NCBI GenBank assembly: GCA_963767925.1
Contig: CAVYGB010000009.1
Span: forward strand, 32,001 to 96,000
From: an uncultured delta proteobacterium
GTDB taxonomy: Bacteria > Myxococcota_A > Polyangia > Fen-1088
Direction of reading: 5' to 3'
DNA length: 64,000 nt
Every line of letters begins with the position of its first letter. The stretch's first letter is position 1. Made by a program: the position numbers and the translations under genes. Below the pieces are notes generated by a model. It saw only the letters and a list, made by a program, of their open reading frames with translations, was not told the origin of the DNA and ran no database searches. Shown here piece by piece: positions 35,671 through 45,334 of the stretch.

Positions 35671-36360
35671 TCAGGGGGTGCGGTTGCAGCAGCCGGATTG
35701 GCGGGTGCCGTCTACGGCGAGGGTGTTGATGCGGTAGGCGTAGCGGTCGCCGGTGGGGGCGTGGCACTGGCCGGTGTAGCGGAGGGACACGAGCATCACG
35801 TCGTTGCCCCGCTGGTCGCGGATGGCCATGCGCCAGGTGCCGCGCTGGCTGCGGTCGGGGCGGGCGGGCAGGGCGCGCAGGGCGGGGGTGGCGCAGCCGA
35901 CGCTGCAGGCGACGGTGCCGTCGCGATCGATGACCAGCTTCCAGTCGGGGGCGCGGCCCTCGCAGACCAGGTCCTCCATGAAGACGCCCGCGTCCGGGGC
36001 GGCGGCGGGGGTGACCGGGCGGCGGCTCCGCCGGGGCAGGGGGGCGTCGACCCAGCCGCGCACGCCCTGGTACTGCACCTCGGTCCAGACCGCGCGCCCC
36101 AGCCGCTGGCGGCGCCCCGAGGCGACGATGCCCCGGGCGCTCTCGGGGATCTCGCCGACCCGGGGGCTGTCGAGCCGTGGCTCCTGCCGGATCACCAGCC
36201 GGGCCGGGACGCGCTCCACCAGGAACGACCGGGGCGGCCGCGCCTCCGCCGGCCGCACCGGCCCGGCCAGCGCCAGCGCCAGCAGCAAGGCCAGCCCGCT
36301 CAGGCCCACCCGCAACGGCCTCCTCGCCAGGGCCCCGCGATCAGAACCAGCGCGCGACAT
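35671..36360 (-). CDS. Secreted SH3b-domain protein with a Cys-containing C-terminal domain
   Basis: Signal peptide; LVIRQEPRLDSPRVGEIP...WTEVQYQGVRGWV; LVCEGRAPDW...SGCC; overlaps the pelB-like stop. Confidence 0.75.
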   Translation of the reverse strand: MSRAGSDRGALARRPLRVGLSGLALLLALALAGPVRPAEARPPRSFLVERVPARLVIRQEPRLDSPRVGEIPESARGIVASGRRQRLGRAVWTEVQYQGVRGWVDAPLPRRSRRPVTPAAAPDAGVFMEDLVCEGRAPDWKLVIDRDGTVACSVGCATPALRALPARPDRSQRGTWRMAIRDQRGNDVMLVSLRYTGQCHAPTGDRYAYRINTLAVDGTRQSGCCNRTP

Positions 36361-38635
36361 AGCTCAGCGAGGCCCCCGCGAAGCGCTCGGCCACCGCCTC
36401 GCGCCAGCCGCCGTACAGGAAGGCCGAGACGGCCAGCTCCTGCCGCCGCGCGAACACGAACCCGAAGTGCGCCTCGATGCCATAACCCTGTTGCAGCGAG
36501 GGCAGCACGTACGCTGCCCAGGCCGAGAGACTGTACCGATACGAGCGGCGCGGGCCTCGCCCTTGTGGCTCGATTCCGAAGTCGTTGCCGATCGAGGCCC
36601 CGACGCCGGCGCTAGAATAGTCGCCGAGCTGCACCTGCCGCAAGACCGCGGCCTCGGCGGCGGGGTCGGCGGGACCCCCGATCACGCCCGCCAGCCCGGG
36701 CTGGTTGCGGCGGCCGTGGTGCGAGACGAACAGGCGCGGCCGCACGCTCCAGTATTCCAGCTCGAAGCGTCGGGCCAGCTCGGCCGACAGCGCCAGCTCG
36801 CTCGCCAGCAGGCGCCGGTCGCGCAGCGAGAAGCGGCTGACCCCCGCGGTGGCCGAGGCCTCCAGGCGACGCCCGAAGGTCCAGCCCCCACTGACCTCGG
36901 CGCCGTCGCGCACCGCCATCGCCCGCAGCAGCCCGGTGTACACCGGCAGCTCGCCCAGGTAAGCCCGCAGCTCGAGCTGCAGCGGCCATTGCCCCGGCTG
37001 GTAGGCGTGGGTGAAGCGGGCGTAGGGTGAAAGCTCGCGCCGCCCGAGCAGGCGGACGCCACCCTTGAGGCGGGTGTCGCTGCTGGTGCGCCGGCGGCGC
37101 AGCCAGGCCCCCACCTCCAGCTCGTGCGAGCGGAACTGCAGCTGGGCCTCGGGCGCCAGCTCGAGGAAGGTGTGCCCCGCCTCGAACCCGACGTAGACCG
37201 GACGGAAGCGCTGCTCGACCCAGGCCCGGCCACCGATCGCCGTCAGCAGCCCGAGGCGGACCGCCTCGCTCCTGGCCCAGGCCCCGCTGAGCCAGTCGCT
37301 GCGCATACGAAGGGCCTTCTTCACCAGCACCGCGTCCTCGCGCGAGGTGGGCGCCGTGTCCCGGGCGGCGTAGCCACCCTCCTCGAGCAGCACCCAGGCC
37401 TCGTCGGGGCGATCGAGCGCCTGCAGCGCCGCCACCTGGTAGGGCAGCCGGAAGGGCCCGCTGGCCCGCTCCATCGCCGTCTGCACGGCCGGCTTGTCGT
37501 CCCGCTCGATGGCGTCGAGGAGCTGGTTCTCGAGGTCGCTCAGGCCGAGCGGCCGATCGGCCATGGCGGCCGGATCGGCCCAGCTCGACTGCTCGCGCGC
37601 GCGGGCCCGCCACTGCGCCGCCTGGCGGCTCGACCCCAGCATGGCGTACACGTCGGCCAGCAGGTCCCAGGACGACGGCCGGCGGGCCTCCTCGCTCCCG
37701 CAGCGGGCCAGCGCCGACTGGGCCATCAGCCGGTCCTCCAGCGCCACGGCGGCCTCCAGCCAGGCCGGGCAGACCTCCTCGAGGCTGGGGCTCAGCGCGG
37801 CCGCCCGCTCGAAGTCGCGGTTGGCCTGCCCGGCGCGGTCGGCGAGGCTGGCGTGAAAGGCCCGCGCCAGGAACAGCTCGGGCGCCCGCCGGTAGCGCGC
37901 CTCCTGGACCCGGCTGTGGGCCAGCAGCGCATCGGCCAGCTCGCGCCGGCGGCCCTCGACCGCCAGGCGCATGCCGAGCAGCAGGAGGGTGGGGCTGGGC
38001 CGCTGCTCGAGGGTCTCGAGGGCGACCCGGGCGCCCCGCTGGTATTCGCCCTGCTGGGCCAGCAGGTGGCACAGGTCCTCGGCCACCGCGGGGCTGCGCT
38101 GGTTGCGCCACAGCACCTGCAGGGTCTCGAGCGACAGGGCCTCGCGCTCCTGGGCCCAGGCCAGCTCGAACAGGAGCTGCCAGTAGCGGGTGTTGCCCTC
38201 CTCGGCCTGCGCCTTGAGCCCGACAAGCCGGGTGAGGGCCGCGCCCGGGCGCTGCAGCCGCCAGAGCAGCTCCGCCTCCTTGATCGCGTCGTCGATGACG
38301 TCGACCTCCAGCCGGGAGACGTGCTCGAGGCAGGCCAGGGCCCGCTCGAGGTCACCCGCCTGCTCGTACAGCGCGGCGAATCGCCGCCAGTAGAGCGGCT
38401 CGGTGTCGAAGTTGAAACGGAAGCGATCGTAAAACACGATCGCCCGCCGCACCTGTCCGCTGGCCAGCAAGATGTCGCCCAGGCGAACCAGGATGGGCAG
38501 CTTCATGCCGTCGGCGGCGTCGGGCCGGGGCAGGGCCAGCGGATCGCGGGGCGCGGCCCGGGCACCGGGCGCCACCAGGGCGGCGGGCAGCGCCACGAGG
38601 AGGAGCAAGGGCAGGAGCGGGCGGGCGGCGCTCAT
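36341..38635 (-). CDS. pelB: PelB-like TPR / outer-membrane beta-barrel protein
   Basis: Signal peptide, TPR-like helices, beta-strand-rich C-terminus ending YVARWF; ATGA-coupled to the pelA-like gene. Confidence 0.7.
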   Translation of the reverse strand: MSAARPLLPLLLLVALPAALVAPGARAAPRDPLALPRPDAADGMKLPILVRLGDILLASGQVRRAIVFYDRFRFNFDTEPLYWRRFAALYEQAGDLERALACLEHVSRLEVDVIDDAIKEAELLWRLQRPGAALTRLVGLKAQAEEGNTRYWQLLFELAWAQEREALSLETLQVLWRNQRSPAVAEDLCHLLAQQGEYQRGARVALETLEQRPSPTLLLLGMRLAVEGRRRELADALLAHSRVQEARYRRAPELFLARAFHASLADRAGQANRDFERAAALSPSLEEVCPAWLEAAVALEDRLMAQSALARCGSEEARRPSSWDLLADVYAMLGSSRQAAQWRARAREQSSWADPAAMADRPLGLSDLENQLLDAIERDDKPAVQTAMERASGPFRLPYQVAALQALDRPDEAWVLLEEGGYAARDTAPTSREDAVLVKKALRMRSDWLSGAWARSEAVRLGLLTAIGGRAWVEQRFRPVYVGFEAGHTFLELAPEAQLQFRSHELEVGAWLRRRRTSSDTRLKGGVRLLGRRELSPYARFTHAYQPGQWPLQLELRAYLGELPVYTGLLRAMAVRDGAEVSGGWTFGRRLEASATAGVSRFSLRDRRLLASELALSAELARRFELEYWSVRPRLFVSHHGRRNQPGLAGVIGGPADPAAEAAVLRQVQLGDYSSAGVGASIGNDFGIEPQGRGPRRSYRYSLSAWAAYVLPSLQQGYGIEAHFGFVFARRQELAVSAFLYGGWREAVAERFAGASLSYVARWF

Positions 38636-41310
38636 CTGTCGCAGCTCAGGACCAGGTCCCCGGTGTCCACCTCGGCGAAGCGGAGGTGGGTGAGGCGGGC
38701 GCCGCGGTCGACCTCGACCGAGCCGCCCGCCTGCAGCCAGGGGCGGCCCACCGGGACGCAGCCACCCACCGTCAGCTCGACCGGCAGGTGCCCGCGCAGG
38801 CGGAAGCGGAGCACCGCCCCGTCGCGCGTCCAGGCGATCACCCGGGCGTTGGACGACACCAGGTGGGGCTCGCGCGGCGGCTCGGGCGCCAGGGCCAGCA
38901 CCACCGGGTCGCCCGGCAGCACCGCGACGAACCGCCCGTCGGGCCCCGCCCGCACCCCGATCACGTTGAGCGAGCGCTTGAGGTCGGGCCAGCCCAGCGC
39001 CTCGGGCAGGCGGACCGTGCGCACCTCTCCCAGCCCGCGCAGCTCCCAGGTCCCGTCGATGCGGCGGGCGACCCGGCCGGCGGGGAAGGCGCTGGCCCGG
39101 GCGGCGTATTCGCTGAGGTGCAGGGGGATGGTCTCCTGCTTGAGGGCCCACAGATAGACCTCGCGCAGGGCGGAGGAGGCCGCCTCGGAGGCCCCCGAAT
39201 AGAAGTGGTAGTAGATGTCGATCGGCTTGAGGCGGCGGGGCCGGTCGGTGAACTCGAACAGCTTGATGACCTTGCGGAAGCCGTGGATGGGGCTGCCGTT
39301 GCGGAAGGTCTCGATGAAGACGTTCTCGTTGTGGGCGGGCGCGTAGATCTGGAGGTGGGGGCCGACTGGCCGGTACAGCGACGGCACCTGGGTCAGGCCG
39401 GGGGCGTCTTGCGGGTCGTCGCAGTTGCCCCCGTTGACGTTGGCCAGGCCGAGCTGGGCGGCCTCGCGCAGCGCCTGCTCGTCGGGCAGGGCGTTGCCGC
39501 TCCAGAGCACCGCCTTGACCTTCTTGCCCGGGGGGGCGATCCGGTGGTTGAGGTAGTCGACCGAGCCGCGCACCTCTCGCTGCGCCGAGTAGCGGTAGCC
39601 GGCGATTGGCAGGTGCGCCGGCCCGGGCGGCTCGCCGGGCCCGGGCGGCTCGCTGGCCCCGGCCGGCTCGGGCGCGCCGGCGTCGCGGGCGGCGCGCAGC
39701 CAGTCGAAGGGGTGCGAGAAGGTGTGGCTGGCCAGCTCGACGTGAGGCAGGCCGCCGATGGCGCGGGCGATCGGCTCGAGCTCGGGGCTCAGGCGCGGGT
39801 TGAGGCCGGAGGGGCCGATCTCCCCCTCGACGAAGGAGACCGTTGTCGGCACCCGGAACACCTGCAGGAAGTCGCGCAGGATGACCTCGCCGGCGAAGGG
39901 CTGGCCGGCCAGCGTCGACTTGCCGTGAAAGCCGTCGCCGTCGATGTGCACGAGCAACATCCGCCGCCCGCTCTCGGTGGTGACGTCGACCGCGGGCACG
40001 GGGGCCAGGCCCAGCGCCCGCTCGAAGAAGGCGAAGGGGTCGATCAGCCAGCGGTAGCGGCCCCGCGGTCCGCGCGCCAGCACGTAGGGGTCGAAGGCGA
40101 AGCCACCCCAGGCCCCGGTGGCCACCGGGGTGAGCGTCCGTCCGGAGCCGTCGCGCAGGTCGAGGTGCCGGGTCAGCGCCGCGCCGTTGACCGCCGGCCG
40201 GGCCGACCAGGGCGGCAGCCCGCGCACCAGCGGCAGCGGATCCGCCTCGGCGCCGATGAGGGCGTCCCGCTCCGCCACCACCACCGGGGGCACCAGCGGC
40301 CGCCGCTCGCTGGCCAGGCCCAGCCGGGCCAGCAGGGCGGGGCGGGGCGCGGCGCCGAGGCTGCCGAAGATGGCGACCCGCAGGCCGCGGTCGATCTGCT
40401 GCTCCAGCCAGGCCGCGTAGTCGAGCGGGTGGGGCAAGCTGGTGGCGAACCAGGTGACGATCCCGGCGTAGCGCGCGCCGAGATCGCCCGAGGGCAGGCC
40501 CCCCCGCACGTCCCGGTATTCCAGCACGTAGCCGAGGTACTCGAGGGGCAGCGCCGCCATCCGGTGCAGCACCGTGAAGGGCAGCAGCGGCTGGTGGCGG
40601 GAGTCGTAGAGCCCGAGGATGCGGCGGGGGGTCGGCTCGATCAGCCCCACCCCGAGGCCGAAGGGGCCGCCCAGCCAGGGCGTGATCCCGACCCGGGCCA
40701 GCTCGCGCGCCAGCTCGCGGGCGGCGGTCCGCTGGCCGGGGGCCAGGCGCTCGAGGGCGATCACCGCCACCCCCTTGGCGAGGAAGGCGTCCTCCAGCGA
40801 GGCCTGGAGCTGGCGGCGGGAGTTGTCGGGCAGGGGCCGGCGCAGGCCGTCCGGGTCGGCGGTGGTGAAGGCGTCCTCGACAACCACGCTGTCGATCTCG
40901 CGCAGGCGCGGAGGTGGGCGCTCCTGCGGGCAGCGCCAGAACAGCCGGGCCGCGGGCAAGGTGCTCCGGGCCCGCTCGAACAGGGCGCGCGACCGCTCGG
41001 CCGGCTGGTTGCAGGCGTCGATCACGAAGCCGGCGTAGCCCCCGGCGGCCAGCCGGCGGAGCGCGAGGTCGTCGTGCTCGGCGTCGGCGGGCAGATCGGC
41101 CAGCACGCTGGCGCCCGCCTTGCGCAGGGCCAGGACGTCGGCCAGGGTGGCCCGGGCCGGGGCCAGCACGACGTCGTCGAACGATCCGAGCGCCTCGACC
41201 GGCGGGTCGCTCTGCCCGTAAAACGCCACCGACCGCGCGGGCGCCGCCCGGGCCGGTCCAGCTGCGGCGGTCAAGGTCAGCACGAGGGCGGTGAGCGCTT
41301 TGCGTCGCAT
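38632..41310 (-). CDS. pelA: PelA-like bifunctional glycoside hydrolase / polysaccharide deacetylase
   Basis: SVAFYG, PRRILGLYD, PLEYLGY, DVTTESGRRMLLVHIDGDGF, ELASHTFSHPFDW, PRRLKPIDIYYHFYSG. Confidence 0.85.
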   Translation of the reverse strand: MRRKALTALVLTLTAAAGPARAAPARSVAFYGQSDPPVEALGSFDDVVLAPARATLADVLALRKAGASVLADLPADAEHDDLALRRLAAGGYAGFVIDACNQPAERSRALFERARSTLPAARLFWRCPQERPPPRLREIDSVVVEDAFTTADPDGLRRPLPDNSRRQLQASLEDAFLAKGVAVIALERLAPGQRTAARELARELARVGITPWLGGPFGLGVGLIEPTPRRILGLYDSRHQPLLPFTVLHRMAALPLEYLGYVLEYRDVRGGLPSGDLGARYAGIVTWFATSLPHPLDYAAWLEQQIDRGLRVAIFGSLGAAPRPALLARLGLASERRPLVPPVVVAERDALIGAEADPLPLVRGLPPWSARPAVNGAALTRHLDLRDGSGRTLTPVATGAWGGFAFDPYVLARGPRGRYRWLIDPFAFFERALGLAPVPAVDVTTESGRRMLLVHIDGDGFHGKSTLAGQPFAGEVILRDFLQVFRVPTTVSFVEGEIGPSGLNPRLSPELEPIARAIGGLPHVELASHTFSHPFDWLRAARDAGAPEPAGASEPPGPGEPPGPAHLPIAGYRYSAQREVRGSVDYLNHRIAPPGKKVKAVLWSGNALPDEQALREAAQLGLANVNGGNCDDPQDAPGLTQVPSLYRPVGPHLQIYAPAHNENVFIETFRNGSPIHGFRKVIKLFEFTDRPRRLKPIDIYYHFYSGASEAASSALREVYLWALKQETIPLHLSEYAARASAFPAGRVARRIDGTWELRGLGEVRTVRLPEALGWPDLKRSLNVIGVRAGPDGRFVAVLPGDPVVLALAPEPPREPHLVSSNARVIAWTRDGAVLRFRLRGHLPVELTVGGCVPVGRPWLQAGGSVEVDRGARLTHLRFAEVDTGDLVLSCDR

Positions 41311-41673
41311 GGGCCTGCGCCGGCTGCGCGAGCCGAGCGCGGCGACGAGGCTTCGGTCCACCCGCGGCAGCGACGGCCGCCCCTGTCTACCAGGAGACCT
41401 CCCTGACGAGACAGAGAATCGGTGCCGGGGCCGGGCCAGCGTGCCCGGGCGTCCCCACTTACCCTGAGAAGGGCCGGAAGCTCCCGCGATCCTCGCCTTC
41501 CGCTCTTGAACACGGTTCAATCCGGACCCCTTCCGGCGCGCTCCGGCTTTCCAGTTCCGGTTTTTTTCGTTTCGACCCAGAATCGGAACGGATCCTGCAC
41601 CGCGCCCCCCTGTGCCGGTTCGTTCTCCCTCTGCTACAACCCCGGCCCCGGGTCCGGAGAAACCAGCCAAAAC

Positions 41674-42801
41674 ATGACTCGCCTCGTACGCGCCGGGCTC
41701 TCGATCGCCACCGTGTTGCACCTCAGCGGCTGGGCTCCCATCGTCCTGGCGCAGCCTCCGGGCGCGGTCCAGCCGGCTGTCCCCACCCAGCCCGCGCCGA
41801 CCGCCCCCTCCGGCGCCCCCGAGCAACCACTCGCCGAACCGGCCCGGGCGCCCGCCCAGATCGCCGTGCGCTCGAACGTCCCGGCCGCCGAGGTCCTGAT
41901 CGACGGCGTCCTGGTCGGCCGCACCCCGCTGGCGAACGCGCTGGCCCTCCCGCCGGGCGATCACGTGCTCGAGCTGCGGCGGCGCGGCTACCGGGACGTG
42001 CGCCGGCCGCTCACCCTGGCCGAGGGCGGCCGCTCCGTCCTCACCGTCGAGCTGTTCGAGGATCCCACCACCCCCGCCTCCGAGATGGGCACCCTGGCGG
42101 TCTCGGTCAGCGAGGACAGCGCCGTGTTGCTCGTCGACGGCCAGGCCAAGACCATCCACCGCGACTCCGGCCTGGCCTTCACCGCCACCCGCATCCCGGG
42201 CCTGCCGATGGGCCCCCACGTCTTGCGGGTCGAGCGGGCGGGGTTCCTGCCGGCCGAGCACCTCGTTGTGGTGCCGGGCGGGCAGACCACGACGGTGCGG
42301 GTGACCCTGCAGCCGACGCAGGACACCCACTACTACTACGTGCAGCGGGCCAACACCGCCCGGGCCTGGGCGGTGGCCGCGGTCAGCGCGGGCTTCGCCG
42401 TCGCCCTGGCCGGCGGGACGCTGGCGCTCACCCGCCACCTCAGCCTCGACGAAGCCCGCCGCTACCTGGCCGGGGAGCAGCGCGAGCAGGACGTCCCGAT
42501 GAACGGCGGCGAGTGCGACCGCTCGCTGGGGCTCAGCGAGGAGATGGCCCTCATCTGCGACGACCGGCTGCAGGCGGCCCACGACGGCGTCCGGGTCCGC
42601 GAGCGGCTCCGGCTAGCGGGGTTCGTCGGCGTCGGCGTGGGCCTGCTGGCCATGGGCACCGGCGTGTTCTTCCTGGCCAACGGCGACGACCCGCGCAAGT
42701 ACGACGGGCTGACCACCGCCCCCAGCCCGCGCCGCTTCTGGGCCAGCGGCTGGGCCTCCCCCACCGGCGGCGGCGGCCTCCTCCTGGGCGGCCGCTTCTA
42801 A
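41674..42801 (+). CDS. PEGA-domain protein
   Basis: Two PEGA repeats (SNVPAAEVLIDGVLVGRTP...GDHVLELRRRGY; LLVDG...GPHVLRVERAGF), C-terminal hydrophobic helices, ends GGRF. Confidence 0.85.
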   Translation: MTRLVRAGLSIATVLHLSGWAPIVLAQPPGAVQPAVPTQPAPTAPSGAPEQPLAEPARAPAQIAVRSNVPAAEVLIDGVLVGRTPLANALALPPGDHVLELRRRGYRDVRRPLTLAEGGRSVLTVELFEDPTTPASEMGTLAVSVSEDSAVLLVDGQAKTIHRDSGLAFTATRIPGLPMGPHVLRVERAGFLPAEHLVVVPGGQTTTVRVTLQPTQDTHYYYVQRANTARAWAVAAVSAGFAVALAGGTLALTRHLSLDEARRYLAGEQREQDVPMNGGECDRSLGLSEEMALICDDRLQAAHDGVRVRERLRLAGFVGVGVGLLAMGTGVFFLANGDDPRKYDGLTTAPSPRRFWASGWASPTGGGGLLLGGRF

Positions 42802-42974
42802 CCCGGGACTGTTCCGCCGCGGACCGCCGCGGCCCCCGACAGTTCATCTGGCCCGATCGTTCCCGCTTCCGCTCCCGCTTTCCGCTTCCCGCTCCCGCGC
42901 TCCGACCCCACACCCTCGCCCGACAAGACCCTCGTCCGCGCGCGGTTCTCCGCGCTCGGGGCCCGCCCGGATTT

Positions 42975-43012
42975 TTGACGTGGACTTAGGTAATTCTTAT
43001 TACTACACCTAA
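42975..43012 (+). promoter_or_regulatory. AT-rich sigma-70-like promoter overlapped by the inverted repeat TTAGGT-N15-ACCTAA
   Basis: TTGACG (42975)-17 nt-TATTAC; half-sites at 42986-42991 and 43007-43012. Confidence 0.55.
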
Positions 43013-43020
43013 CTACATAC

Positions 43021-43329
43021 ATGTCGTTCCCAGCGATGTCGCAGGCGCGCCGCGTGCTCTCTACCCTGGTGCTCCTGCTGCTGACGGCATGCGCAGAAGG
43101 GGAGGGCCCTGCGATGACAACGCCGGACGCGGGCACGGCGGCGGTGCAGAACAAGTGCGGCGGCCTGTGCACCGAGGTGGAGCTGTGCGTGGCCGACAAC
43201 GAGGGCCGCTTCGGCTGCGCCCGCATCTGCGCCAACCAGCTCCGCTGCTGGAGCGGCTGCTGCCTCGCGCTCGAGGACGACTCCGGCTACAACGTCTGCC
43301 GCCCCACCAACTACTGCTACGCGCCCTGA
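43021..43329 (+). CDS. Small cysteine-rich lipoprotein
   Basis: LLLLTAC lipobox; ten further Cys in the C-terminal ~57 aa. Confidence 0.75.
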   Translation: MSFPAMSQARRVLSTLVLLLLTACAEGEGPAMTTPDAGTAAVQNKCGGLCTEVELCVADNEGRFGCARICANQLRCWSGCCLALEDDSGYNVCRPTNYCYAP

Positions 43330-43498
43330 GCGGCCCTCGGCTCGAGCCGCTGGCGCTCCGGCGCGGGCGCCCGCCACTGCGGGCGCCAGGCGGGCGGCGC
43401 CCGAGGGGGCGACGGTATCTACCTCGCGACGTGGTCTGGGAACGCTAGCCCGACCCCGGTCTTCACCTCTCCCCGCGGCCTGCAGCCGCTCGCTCGTA

Positions 43499-43522
43499 AA
43501 AAACGAACGTTCGTGCTAATTT
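43499..43522. promoter_or_regulatory. TetR operator 1 overlapping an extended -10 (TGcTAATTT)
   Basis: AAAAACGAACGTTCGTGCTAATTT with core palindrome ACGAACGTTCGT; 6 nt before the GTG, no Shine-Dalgarno. Confidence 0.8.
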
Positions 43523-43528
43523 GATCGG

Positions 43529-44251
43529 GTGTCCAAGGGTGAGGAGACGCGCAGCCGCATCGTGGAGCGGGCGTTCCGGCTGGCCAGCCGGGAGGGGCTG
43601 CAGGGGCTGAGCATCGGCAGCCTGGCGGCCGAGCTGGGGCTGTCCAAGAGCGGGCTGTTCGCCCACTTCGGGTCCAAGGAGGATCTCCAGATCGAGGTTC
43701 TGCGGGCGGCGGCGGTCCACTTCGAGGACCGGGTGCTGCGGCCGTCGTTCCGCGCGCCGCGGGGAGAGCCGCGCATCCGGCAGATCTTCGACCACTGGCT
43801 GGCCTGGTGCAGCGACCCGGCCCTGCCCGGCGGCTGCGTCTTCATGGCCGCCGCCACCGAGCTCGACGACAAGCAGGGGCGCCCCCGCGACTACCTGGTG
43901 GCCACGCAGAAGCAGCTCATGGCCACGCTGGCCAAGGCGGCGCGCCTGGCGGTCGAGGCGGGGCATTTCCGGGCCGACCTCGACCGCGAGCAGTTCGCCT
44001 TCGAGCTGCACGCCCTGCTGATGGGTTGCAGCCACTGGAAACGGCTGCTCGGCGACCCCCGCGCCGAGCGTCGGGCCCGCGCCGCGTTCGACCGCCTGCT
44101 GGCCTGGGGACGCGCCCCCTCTGATCCCGCCAACCCCCGCTACCGACCTACCAAGACGATCCCGACGATCCCGCCAACTCCCGACGATCCCGCCACCGAC
44201 CCGCCAAGACGCCGCCCCCCCGCACAGCGCCGCCCCGGACCCCGACCATGA
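43529..44251 (+). CDS. TetR/AcrR family transcriptional regulator
   Basis: TRSRIVERA...LSIGSLAAELGLSKSGLFAHFGSKEDL, PGGCVF; low-complexity tail. Confidence 0.92.
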   Translation: MSKGEETRSRIVERAFRLASREGLQGLSIGSLAAELGLSKSGLFAHFGSKEDLQIEVLRAAAVHFEDRVLRPSFRAPRGEPRIRQIFDHWLAWCSDPALPGGCVFMAAATELDDKQGRPRDYLVATQKQLMATLAKAARLAVEAGHFRADLDREQFAFELHALLMGCSHWKRLLGDPRAERRARAAFDRLLAWGRAPSDPANPRYRPTKTIPTIPPTPDDPATDPPRRRPPAQRRPGPRP

Positions 44252-45153
44252 CCCCGAGGAAGACCATGACCGACCGGCCGAGCCGTCCCCGCAAAATTAG
44301 AACGAACGTTCGTTTTTATCTGCTCCGCCAGGCCCTCCGCCTCCTCGCCCGGGTGGCGCCCGCCGCGGCCGAGAGCTGGGCCCTCCGGCTCTGGTCGACC
44401 CCGCGACGGCCCGCCCCGCCGCGCCCGCCGCAGGTGCCCGAGCTGCCCGCTCGCCCGCTGGAGGTGGCGCTCGACGGGGCGCCGCTGGCCGCCTGGAGCT
44501 GGGGGCAGGGACCGGCGGTGCTGCTGGTGCACGGCTGGAGCGGCTACGCCGGGCAGATGACCGGCTTCGTCGCTCCGCTCGTCGCGGCCGGCTTCCGGGT
44601 GATCGCCTTCGACCACCCGGCCCACGGCCAGTCCCCCGGCCGCACCAGCAACAGCCTGCGCATGCGCGACGCGGTCCTCGCCGTCGCCCGCGCCGCCGGC
44701 CCCGTGCACGCGCTGATCGCCCACTCGCTGGGAGCCGCCGCCGCGGTGATGGCGGTGGTCCAGGGGCTGCGGGTCGAGCGAGCCGTGCTCGTCGCGCCCC
44801 CCGCCGAGGCGCCCTCCTTCGCCCGCGCCTTCGCCGCCGCCATCGGCCTGTCCCCCGCCCGCACCGAGGGGATGCTCGCCCGCGCGCAGCGGCGGCTGGG
44901 CATCGACTTCTCGGCCCTCGACCTGCGCCTCATCGGGCCACAGATGCGCCTGCCCCTGCTGGTGGTACACGACCCCGGCGACCGCGAGGTCCCCTTCAGC
45001 CACGGTCAGGCCGTCGCCGCCGCCTGGCCCGGCGCCCGCCTGCACACCACCGAGGGCCTCGGCCACAACCGCCCCCTGCGCGCCGCCGCCGTGATCGAGG
45101 AGGCGGTCGCCTTCGTCGGCCCGCCCGCCCGCCTCGCCGCCACCGGGTCGTGA
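44248..45153 (+). CDS. Alpha/beta fold hydrolase
   Basis: LLVHGWSG, FDHPAHG, AHSLG nucleophile, HDPGDREVP, GLGH. Confidence 0.9.
   Translation: MTPRKTMTDRPSRPRKIRTNVRFYLLRQALRLLARVAPAAAESWALRLWSTPRRPAPPRPPQVPELPARPLEVALDGAPLAAWSWGQGPAVLLVHGWSGYAGQMTGFVAPLVAAGFRVIAFDHPAHGQSPGRTSNSLRMRDAVLAVARAAGPVHALIAHSLGAAAAVMAVVQGLRVERAVLVAPPAEAPSFARAFAAAIGLSPARTEGMLARAQRRLGIDFSALDLRLIGPQMRLPLLVVHDPGDREVPFSHGQAVAAAWPGARLHTTEGLGHNRPLRAAAVIEEAVAFVGPPARLAATGS
44294..44317. promoter_or_regulatory. TetR operator 2 (inverted copy) inside the 5' end of the hydrolase gene
   Basis: AAATTAGAACGAACGTTCGTTTTT, 23/24 identical to the reverse complement of operator 1. Confidence 0.8.
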
Positions 45154-45334
45154 GTGCGGGCAAAACGACACCGTTCAGGAAACCCCACCGCCAGCGGGAA
45201 CGTATTCAGGGGCGAAGGTTCCGGCCGTGAAGCGTCACGCGGGTCAAGGTCGGGTCAAAAACAAGCTCTATCTCTCGACGGGTCGGGCCGGGGGGCGTTA
45301 GCATGCCCTCTTCTCATTGGCGGAGGACTCGACC

